The notes under the pieces were generated by a model. The model searched no databases. It saw only the letters and a program-made list of their open reading frames with translations, and had not been told where the DNA came from. This document shows positions 11,017 to 20,593 of a stretch of DNA of 64,000 nt, in pieces (positions within the stretch are counted from its first letter, which is position 1; each line of letters starts with the position of its first letter). The stretch comes from Macrostomum lignano (taxonomy: Eukaryota). The position numbers were made by a program, and so were the translations under genes. The stretch spans positions 11,772-75,771 of the forward strand of contig NIVC01003812.1 in the NCBI GenBank assembly GCA_002269645.1, written 5' to 3'.

Positions 11017-11866
11017 TGTAAAGATCCGCCCTTTGCTTCGGTCCTATCGATTTGCCTGAAAATGAACCTAAAACGTTAGCCTTGACTTGGTAGGGTTGCT
11101 GCCACCTTGGTGTGCGGACTCGACGCGTCGGCAGAGTTGTCTATCCGTAACCTGAAATAAAATTAACGAAGACACTCGGAGCAAAGGCCAAATCTGGAAA
11201 ATGTCTCGACAGTCGATCGTCTTAGTTGAATGCTGCTCGGACCTGAAAACCTGAAAAACCTGAAATGAGAGAGGAGAGCTCGGAGGCAGAGGCTTCACGA
11301 GTTAGCCACAATGCTCCGCGAGACGACGCAGTCTGGAGAAAAATGGCTCGCAGATGCTCCGTATTTATAGCCGAGCGGACCCCCAAAAGTCACGTGAGTT
11401 TCATGCGGTGAGCGCGTGAAACTTCCTTATTTGGGCATTGGAATCATGCGAACGACGCGTGATCCAAGGCCAACTTCCAAATAAGGCAACCCTGTCACGC
11501 AGCAGTGGCGTGACTCAAGGTCAGTGGCCACGCACAGTGTGCGTGCACAGTCACGTGCTTAGTCTGTGCTAAAAATAGAACCGTGGGCGGATGAGTCATC
11601 CTGTTTACTCCCTCTAGGCAGCCCTTACACTCCGCTCAGGTGATGAGTCATCCTGCTACGCCTCCTCAGCGCGAGTGGGAAGACATTGAGTGTGGCTGCC
11701 CGCGCCCGCTCAGGCGATGAGTCATCGGGCAGTAAACACTTAGGCCCAGCACAGGGTAACTCTCTCACTAGCTCAGGTGGACTGAGATACTGTGCAGCGG
11801 ATCACAGCACTCTTAAGGGAAGCTAGTGAATGCTGCTGAATAGCCAGTTAGCAGCCAGTCACTACA
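11017..11866 (-). mobile_element. Solo LTR (850 bp) of an LTR retrotransposon
   Basis: Begins TGTA (11017), ends TACA (11866), flanked by the 4-bp direct repeat CTTG (11013-11016 and 11867-11870); minus-strand TATAAATA at 11362-11369; related copy at ~17541-18150. Confidence 0.82.
11362..11726 (-). promoter_or_regulatory. LTR promoter: TATA box, two CArG boxes, four AP-1 sites, E-box
   Basis: TATAAATA (-) 11362-11369; GTCACGTG 11389-11396; CCTTATTTGG 11425-11434; CCAAATAAGG 11477-11486; TGACTCA 11511-11517; GATGAGTCATC at 11590, 11642, 11716. Confidence 0.65.
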
Positions 11867-12479
11867 CTTGCTATTGTATTTAGAGGGGGTGCTTGCTATT
11901 TGGGGGATGCTTGCCGTCTTGGGATGTTTTATGTTTAGAGGGAATGTCTGTTGTATTTGTGAAGGCTTTATTTTGCTGTCTTTATGTTACTTGTAGAGAA
12001 CAGAAATTCTATCTAGATGTCCCCCATCGGGGGGGCGAAGATTGCTAGTGATGGTCTAAAGATTGAAGATAAAATTCGATTGCATAACATTTATTTGAGG
12101 CTGTAGAATTTGGTTTAGCTTCAGATTCAAGCAGGATATTTTTCCAAATAGGATGGCGCTCCAGACCTTGCCTGTCAGTTGTGCGTAAAATGATCACTCA
12201 CTCATTGCTGTTGGATGCGATCTGGATTAGCCAATCCAAAGCCATCCACTTTCTAATTCCTATTTCTTGAAAATTCCTGCCTGCTTCGTGCAAGATTTGA
12301 GCGCTTTTAGGATGGGAGTAAAATTTAACTTATTATAGAAATCGGCAGAAAGAATGGCTTCGCGCTTGAAAATTATAAAACTGCTATGGTAAGATGATTC
12401 GGTGAAATATTTGACATCCCATGCAGTGGGTCATGGTGTAAACCTATTCCATTAATACCAGCACTCAATGGCTCACACC

Positions 12480-13945
12480 ACCCAATACTCCATGAATATC
12501 TGTAGTCTATGGCCCACACCACCCGATAACCCATGAATATCTGTAGTCTATGGCCCACACCACCCGATAACCCATGAATATCTGTGGTCTATGGCCCACA
12601 CCACCCGATAACCCATGAATATCTGTGGTCTACGGCCCACACCACCCGATAACCCATGAATATCTGTAGTCTATGGCCCACACCACCAGATAACCCATGA
12701 ATATCTGTAGTCTATGGCCCACACCACCCGATAACCCATGAATATCTGTGGTCTATGGCCCACACCACCCGATAACCCATGAATATCTGTGGTCTACGGC
12801 CCACACCACCCGATAACCCATGAATATCTGTGTTCTATGGCCCACACCACCCGATAACCCATGAATATCTGTAGTCTATGGCCCACACCACCCGATAACC
12901 CATGAATATCTGTGGTCTATGGCCCACACCACCCGATAACCCATGAATATCTGTGGTCTACGGCCCACACCACCCGATAACCCATGAATATCTGTGTTCT
13001 ATGGCCCACACCACCCGATAACCCATGAATATCTGTAGTCTATGGCCCACACCACCCGATAACCCATGAATATCTGTGGTCTATGGCCCACTCCACCCGA
13101 TAACCCATGAATATCTGTGGTCTACGGCCCACACCACCCGATAACCCATGAATATCTGTGGTCTATGGCCCACACCACCCGATAACCCATGAATATCTGT
13201 AGTCTATGGCCCACACCACCCGATAACCCATGAATATCTGTAATCTATGGCCCACACCACCCAATAACCCATGAATATCTGTGGTCTATGGCCCACACCA
13301 CCCAATAACCCATGAATATCTGTGGTCTATGGCCCACACCACCCGATAACCCATGAATATCTGTAGTCTATGGCCCACACCACCCGATAACCCATAAATA
13401 TCTGTAGTCTATTGCCCACACCACCCAATAACCCTTGAATATCTGTGGTCTATTGCCCACACCACCCAATAACCCATGAATATCTGTAGTCTATGGCCCA
13501 CACCACCCAATAACCCATGAATATCTGTAGTCTATGGCCCACACCACCCGATAACCCATGAATATCTGTGGTCTATGGCCCACACCACCCAATAACCCAT
13601 GAATATCTGTGGTCTATGGCCCACACCACCCAATAACCCATGAATATCTGTGGTCTATGGCCCACACCACCCGATAACCCATGAATATCTGTAGTCTATG
13701 GCCGACACCACCCGATAACCCATGAATATCTGTGGTCTATGGCCCACACCACCCAATAACCCATGAATATCTGTGGTCTATGGTCCACATCACCCAATAA
13801 CCCATGAATATCTGTGGTCTATGGCCCACATCACCCAATAACCCATGAATATCTGTGGTCTATGGCCCACACCACTCAATAACCCATGAATATCTGTAGT
13901 CTATGGCCCACACCACCCAATAACCCATGAATATCTGTAGTTTAC
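12480..13945. repeat. 41-bp minisatellite CCCATGAATATCTGT(A/G)GTCTATGGCCCACACCACCC(G/A)ATAA, about 35 copies
   Basis: Period 41 measured directly; a dispersed partial monomer occurs at ~18700-18735. Confidence 0.98.
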
Positions 13946-14708
13946 ACTACCCAATACTTGTTAGAAGTTCGACCACTTGGGTGCTATTTATTTTGAGTCA
14001 TCATAGATCCTATATTCTCCACACGGGCCACTGAGTGAATATAAGCAAAGCCATAGAATCCAATGCAGTAGTGAAAAATAATTTCAGTAAAAACTTTTCA
14101 GTAGTGTGAAGCGTTGCGCTGTTGTCAAATGAGTCCTGGAGATTCCCGATCCCTCCTATTCGACTGTATAACGCTATAAATGCCATGAAGGATATACACA
14201 GCAAACGTGAGGAACTGTAATAACTAAAATTTGTTCATATTATTATGGAAGCGACATGTTCCGCCAATCACTAGGCATCAACTCCTCATTAGCAAAAGTT
14301 CCAATACTAACAGCACTAACGTGAACATCACGGGAAAATACAATGGAGTCATGAACAGTAGAACAACGAGATAAACGAGAATGCCTTCAGTGTGAAAGTC
14401 GATTCACATGAACACATTTGAATGAGTCACTCGAGATCCATGATAAGCACTAACAAAGGATGCAAGGATGTGAAGACTCATGGTTTTTATTGTAGTTAGC
14501 CTAGGCGTGTTGAAACGGGGCGAAACGCACGGCATCCCGCCCGCTGCAATATCTATGGCTATGGCCGACTTCCATAAGTAAAAAACCTCGTATGCATATA
14601 AGTATCTAGTTAATGTTTCTACAACTTGTAGATTTTGAAAGTAAAGCTTAGTACTGCTAAATTATGCTTAGTATCAGTTATTAATTATTTCAATTCGCAA
14701 AATAAGGA

Positions 14709-15124
14709 GTTTTGGCCATAGACAATTTTTAGATTTTGTTCTTTCTTTCTTTGTCTAGAGTGCTGGTGCGCAAATGTGGCGGCTCCGCCCCCACACCCCT
14801 TGCAAGGGGGCTCAGCGCCCCCTTGACCCCGCTTTCTTTTGACTTTGCCTTAGACATTTTCAGCGGGCCGTGAAACCAACTGAATGCATTGGAGTAAATG
14901 GGATTTTACCATAGACAGTCTCAACGGGCCGTGAAACGCGGTTTCACGCCCGCTAACTATAACACTAATATGGATGGGCCGCATCGGGCAGAAACGAGCT
15001 AACGCTCCTCGGCTACGCGCCTCGGCGTTATAGATCGTTTCTGCCCTCTGCAGCCCATCAATATTGGTATATTTTTGACGAGTGGCCACGAAAGACTAAA
15101 ATTAATCATTGTCTATGACAAAAC
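14709..15124. mobile_element. MITE-like element with imperfect terminal inverted repeats
   Basis: GTTTTGGCCATAGACAAT (14709-14726) vs ATTGTCTATGACAAAAC (15108-15124); internal hairpin GGGCCGTGAAAC-GCG-GTTTCACGCCC at ~14926-14951; no TSD seen. Confidence 0.45.
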
Positions 15125-16155
15125 CATATGCACAAGCACATTGTCTCATAAACGCATTTTTAGTAGCCTTAGGCTCGTATAGGTCGTCCCAACTATAATA
15201 TAGTTGTTATGTATCATCCTTGGTGTGTCTTTCCACAGTACCCACTCGCAATGTTTTTGAGTTGGGACGCAGCCCCTGATAAAGTGTAGCCCAAAAGCGA
15301 TAAACTAACTAGTTGCTAGGGGGATCCTCTCTCCCCTCGCAGGGGTGGTAGAGGGGGGGTTTAACGCATTGGTTGAGTTACGATATGCAGTTCTCTCATT
15401 TTCTGTCTATATGCAGAGCAGTTTCTGTCTCTCAGTACTCTTAGTTCTTCACCGTCAACGGTACGTTCGTTTTTCTGCTCATCTACCGGAGGGGTCTGGG
15501 CCCTCTCTCCAGCTCCCTGTTGTCTCCCGGCCGGCTTGATCCCATTGCCAGGGGGTGGGGGGAGGGGGTCCGCAGCCGTTGTTGATCCCGGGCCAGGGTG
15601 AGGCTGGCTGGCTGAAATGATGGAGCGGGCTCAGGGCCTCTCATTGTTTACGCTAGCGTCAATTTGATCTACTCTTCTGAAGTGCTTGTGGTTCCCAGGT
15701 CGTTGAATGGGCCAGTCTCAGGCTCCGGCCTTTGCCACCAATGTTGTACAGGCTTCTCGCTTGGGATTACTCGGTAGATCTCCTGAGCCCTAATCGGCGC
15801 CTTCTAGAGAGACCCGTTTCTTAGAAATCGTTACTCGTAGCGTAGGTGCCACCAGCTCACTCGGGGCTTGGCCTTCGATGAGGGAGACTCCAGATTGAGC
15901 AAATAAACGAGACGCGGGAACTCCCTGCAGATTTGACAGCTCGCACGCGGTGCACGCTCTGTCAGCAGATCCCGCCGGGTACAGTGCCGGGTATTGGGAT
16001 CTGTGCTAGTTTCTCGTTAACTTAGTTGCTATTAGTTGCACAAGTTCAGCCACACAGTTGAAAGATAGAATTCAGTAGCGAACAGGTAGAATTGGACTAG
16101 ACAAATAGTGAAGAACTGGACAGAAACGGAAACCTCTTGTCTGAAACAAGGCGTG

Positions 16156-16365
16156 AACAATTTGTGTCCTTGAGCAAGACACTTAACTCTGCATTGCTTC
16201 AGTTAACCCAGCTGTAAAATGGGTGCCAGTATTAGCTGGGGTAATTGAGGGTGTGTTGCGACCCCCCCCCCAGTCATTGCGGACTGAACAGCCGTACGCA
16301 GCCTTCAAATGCGCCACGCAATAGCTGCGGCTGAGCTGTCGGTTGCACATCTGCCCAATTAGAGC
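16156..16365 (+). mobile_element. SINE copy 2 (5'-truncated, lacks the tRNA head)
   Basis: Body nearly identical to 4562-4760. Confidence 0.87.
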
Positions 16366-16563
16366 AGCTGTAGTAAAAAACAGACCAACTCCAACAAGCT
16401 CGTATTGATATACGCACTTATTAATGTCATGTCAAACCTCACTCCTAGATAAAACCAATAGTGATTTAAGAACTGTCAGTTGGAGAGCAGTGAAGCACTT
16501 GCACTCTCATGAATAGTCCTTGTCGCTTGGTTGATGACACTTTTACTGATGCTAGTTGAGACG

Positions 16564-17520
16564 TTAGTATCGCTGCTTCAGGCCTTCGAACCACCCGCAT
16601 GTAGCACCCACACTGGTTGCCATGTCTCGAGTGGCATTTTCACGCTTCCGAGAGAGATACCACCGCACTGTAGATCCCGTTTGCTGGCCAGTAATGCTCA
16701 TAATGTCGGAAACTTTGTATCCTGCATCTTTTAGATCGGAACTGCGAGTAACAGTGGCTTGAATACAGCATGCTTCGGTTGTATACCTTGCACAGTGATC
16801 GGCTGCACGAACGTGTTTGGCCAGTTTATGTCGCAGTACTTGCTTACTTGAGAACAGATGCTGGCGTCATCTTCAGTTACAGATGACAAAGGCCAATGGA
16901 TACAGACCTGACAGGGTCTTCCCAGGATTGAAACGCCGAGGATTGAAATTCGTAATACGACTTCCCGTAACTATTGGTCTTTTCAATGAGACTATATTTA
17001 CCGCGTAACTGCTTGGGATGTCCGTGTCCTCTTTCATCCAGTGCGTACAGCAGAGTGAATGTGGTCATTTCTCGCAGTCGTTCACCATTAGACCGGTCGA
17101 AGTGCTGAACGTTGCAAAATCCAATTGTTTTTTTAAACTATTTAACACTGATCCGCATGCAGAACCATATCCAGTTTCAGACTTCACTGAGTAACCCAGC
17201 TTAAGCATCGTAAATTCAGAGAACCTTTGCCCATGCAATTCAATTTGTTCTCGAGTTGACTTTAGGCAGAGAATCAATTTACATCGTATCGACCGGACCG
17301 CTCTCCCTAGCAACAAGTTGAAGCGTTCACATTGGCATTGTCACAATCTACTGTCGGCAGGCAGCTCCACTGACATGACGTCGTCATCGTCAGTACGACT
17401 AAAGTGGCTGATGAACTGGATAAAGTGCTCCGGCTTTCTGTCCTCACTATGATCTTCTCGAATTTGTTACGCTCCTTCCCGAGTTCTGTCAGTGTACCTA
17501 AAATGAACTCGCTGCTCCGG
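16564..17520 (-). pseudogene. Decayed Crypton-type (DUF3504-like) tyrosine recombinase
   Basis: Minus-strand pieces in shifting frames: QFISHFSRTDDDDVMSV; FATFSTSTGLMV; LLYALDERGHGHPKQLRGKYSLIEKTNSYGKSYYEF; and an open stretch (16860-16564) RYTTEACCIQATVTRSSDLKDAGYKVSDIMSITGQQTGSTVRWYLSRKRENATRDMATSV, which aligns by eye to the YTNHC(I/L)RAT...AG.....IMSITGH.S..S...Y motif. Confidence 0.72.
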
Positions 17521-17540
17521 AAATTGCTAGATAGTACCTC

Positions 17541-18150
17541 TGTACTACCTATCGATTTGCCTAAAAGAAACCTAAAACGTTAGCCTTTGACTTGGTAAGG
17601 TTGCTGCCACCTTGGTTTGCGGACTCGACTTGTCGGTTGAGTTGTCTTTCCGTAACCTGAAAGAAAATGACGAAGTCGCTCGGAGCAAGGCAAATCTGAA
17701 AATGTCTCGACAGTTGATCGGCAAAGTTCCTAAAATTGCTGCTCGAACCTGAAAACTTGTAAGCCTGAAATGAGAGAAGTGGAGCTCCTTGCAGGCGGAG
17801 GCAGGGAGGAAACTCCGGTCCTCCGGGGAACGCGTCTGAGGAAAAACAGCTCCCAGGTGCTCCGTATTTATAGCCGAGCGACCCCCAAAAGTCACGCGAG
17901 TTTCATGCCTCAGAGTCATGCAAGAGAGGCGTGCTTCAAGGCCAACTTTCAAATAAGGCAATCCTGCCAGGCAACAGTGGCGTGACTTAAGGTCAGATGC
18001 CACGCACCGTATGCGTGCGCAGTCACGTGCTTTAGTGTGCTAAAATATATTTGGGCGGATGAGTCATCCGGTTTATTCCCTCCAGGCAGCCAATACACTT
18101 CACGCGCGGGTGAGCAGGGATGAGTCATCCTGCTTATCTGGCTTTCAACA
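17541..18150 (-). mobile_element. Second, diverged copy of the LTR
   Basis: Colinear with 11043-11660 (ctatcgatttgcc...gtatttatagccgagcg...gatgagtcatc); begins TGTA at 17541; possible end AACA at 18150 with imperfect flanks cctc/actc. Confidence 0.7.
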
Positions 18151-18911
18151 ACTCAATCTGTCTATGGTGTAAACTGATGCTTCGATACATTTCCTCCAAG
18201 CTCCTAATGGCTTAGAGCTCTTTTTTGTCTTGGGAGTTGTATTTTGACGCCGCAGTTTCTAAGCATTGGTTAATTGACTCATACGACTCATACGAATATA
18301 AACCTTGCTTGCGGTCTCTTGGGCTTATAATTTGAGGCTCATCCATGCAAACTGTCTGTTCTCGATATCAGTGGATAACTTGTCACGCTAGTTGACTAGA
18401 AAATGTGCACTGAGGCATTTCATCACGGCCCTTCCATGGGATAGCACATCCACTTCCCAATCTAACTCCAGACCCTCATATCTCACTTCTTTTAGAAGAG
18501 CTTAGGTCAAGTCAAGCATACAGTCGATCTTGCTGTCATGCGAGGACGCTTCTGAACAGACGAATGAACATCAAATGACGTGTTCTGACGCTGTTCATTC
18601 TCATTTACTGTAGAAAAGAAATTTCTTCTTGACGTATTATACCGGTCCCATGAACAGAAGGAACAAGAAACTCGGTTTTGTAAACCTAACCGATTATTTT
18701 CTGTAGTCTATGGCCTACACCACCCAATAACACATTACTATCTATAGACTATGGCCCTAAGCCACTCAATATTTTTCCCGTCAGTTTGATAAGACTCACC
18801 GAATTTGCATCATTTTGAAGTGTAGCATCCTGTAAAAGCTACTAAAATTTAACTACTACCATCTACAATTTCTGTAGGTCACTGCTGATAAACCCTTACT
18901 ATACAACTCAG

Positions 18912-19365
18912 GTTGCAGACTCTAGCAGCCCTGCTGCTGCCCAGCCTCTCAGCTGCATCAGCCCAGCTGTCAGCCAATTCCTGTTCGCAGTCCTCGGACT
19001 GGAGCAGCGGCAGTGTCTGCGGCAAAGCAATCGATGGCAACACAAATCGGAACTGGAACGGCGGGAGCTGCACCGCCACAGACGACAACAATGGCTGGTG
19101 GGAGGCTCAGTTCGACGTCACGGTTCGAGTCGACTTCGTCTCCCTGTGGAATCGGGCCGACTGCTGCCCGCACAGGCTGGGTAACTTCCAGCTGCTGATG
19201 GACGGCACCGAGTGCGCCAGCTACTCGACATCAACTCCCGAGTCCGTGTTTAACGTTTCCTGCGGTGCTGGAGGCCGGAGACTGCGAGTTCAGACGCGAG
19301 CAGGCGACGTGCTTACCATCTGCGAGATCAAAATCTTTGGCATTGTTGGTGAGGGCTTTGGCTAA
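18912..19365 (+). CDS. F-type lectin (fucolectin/FTP) domain exon with signal-peptide-like N-terminus; start codon not located
   Basis: QSS...AIDGNTNRNWNGGSCTAT...WWEAQF...V.LWNRADCCPHRLGNF...LTICEIKIFG is the F-type lectin pattern; acceptor ctcag at 18907-18911; ends at TAA 19363-19365 or at donor gtgagg 19349. Confidence 0.85.
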
Positions 19366-19924
19366 TTGCTAGTTACCGAAGTTGACCGGAGTCTGTTGCT
19401 GGATGGTAAGTGGCTAAGGTAAGCTGCATGACTTTTTGGTATTAATAAGAGAAGAATTTTTCAAAGCGTATACTATTAAAGTTTTTGATAAAATCGATAA
19501 AATCACAGTTGTCAAGCATGGAGTCGTGAATATGCAACATCATTCATTTAGTCCGTGTGCTGAGGTCTCCAAAGGAAGAACGTTTGCTTTATCCCGCTTT
19601 TTAAGACTGCATTGCTTCTCAATCCCGATTCTGTGTAGTTAGTTTTTTAGAAGGCTTATTTGCTTCTAAATTTCTTATTTGCTTTCCCTTGCTTCACTGT
19701 CTCTGTCATTGCCGCTAAATTTAGTCCCTTTTAGACGCAATACGGACTCTGCTGATCCCATTAATTTCATCGCTGTGTTTCGCGTGCCTTAGCTGTAGCA
19801 TGTGCAAACTATTCCGCATTTGAAATACAGAACTCCGTGTTAAATAGCAGTTTTACCAACCAGAGCGCTCAACCCTTAAAACAGATGTTTGTTTTCTGCG
19901 TACTGATTTTTAATTCCAAAGCGT

Positions 19925-20160
19925 TTTTTCGACTAAATGTACTTTTATTAAAACTGCATTAGAAGGGCTTGACCAGGAGCAGAGACAGAGAAACAGGGAA
20001 GAAGGCAATGTACATTTTGTAAGAAGGGCTTGACCGATAGGAGAGACAGAGAAACGGGGCGGGGTAGATAATGTACATTTGTAAGAAAGGCTTGACCGAT
20101 AGGAGAGACAAAGAAACGGGGTGGGGTAGGTAATGTACATTTGTAAGAAGGGCTTGACCG
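19925..20160. repeat. About 62-bp tandem repeat, 4 diverged copies
   Basis: (g/a)ggcttgacc recurs at about 19965, 20026, 20088 and 20150. Confidence 0.85.
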
Positions 20161-20593
20161 GGAGGAGGGACCAATTTCTTTAATAACACGAGCGCAGTCT
20201 CAAAACAAACAAAGAAAACTTAAGGAAGAGCAGAAATCAACAACGCTGCAGCGCAGCACCGCTCGAGTACGCGGCGATTAATTAAGACACAATTATAAGA
20301 AGCTGCGGAAGTAGAAAGTTCCGGTATTAAAATTTTATAAAACTTTATAATAAGTCACCATTTTTACACGTGACTACACTGTGTGTGCAGGCGCTTAAAA
20401 CTAATGCACTTTCTTGTGATACATACTATTTACACGTGGGCGCTTTCGTTCGAGTGAGAAAGTACATGCTGAACACCACATAGATCAGCAAGTTGATGGG
20501 TCAGAGTGGGTCGATTAGATGGGTTTAAAAATAGGTCAAGGTAGAATCGATGGGTCAGAGAATGGATCGAAATCAAGGTCATCATCATATTCA

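Larger units (their letters stand above)
10490..12048 (+). mobile_element. Non-autonomous Helitron-like element with an internal ~18-bp GCTTGCTATCTGGGGGAT minisatellite, interrupted by a solo LTR
   Basis: The minisatellite runs 10500-11016 and resumes at 11867; terminus CCCCC-ATC-GGGGGGG then CTAG (12045-12048) followed by T; 5' end not defined. Confidence 0.5.

Noticed and set aside
12480-13945. 41-bp array (and the 39-, 34-, 29- and 43-bp arrays) as possible CRISPR arrays
   Set aside because: Units are contiguous with no unique spacers, no cas genes are present, and the context is eukaryotic.
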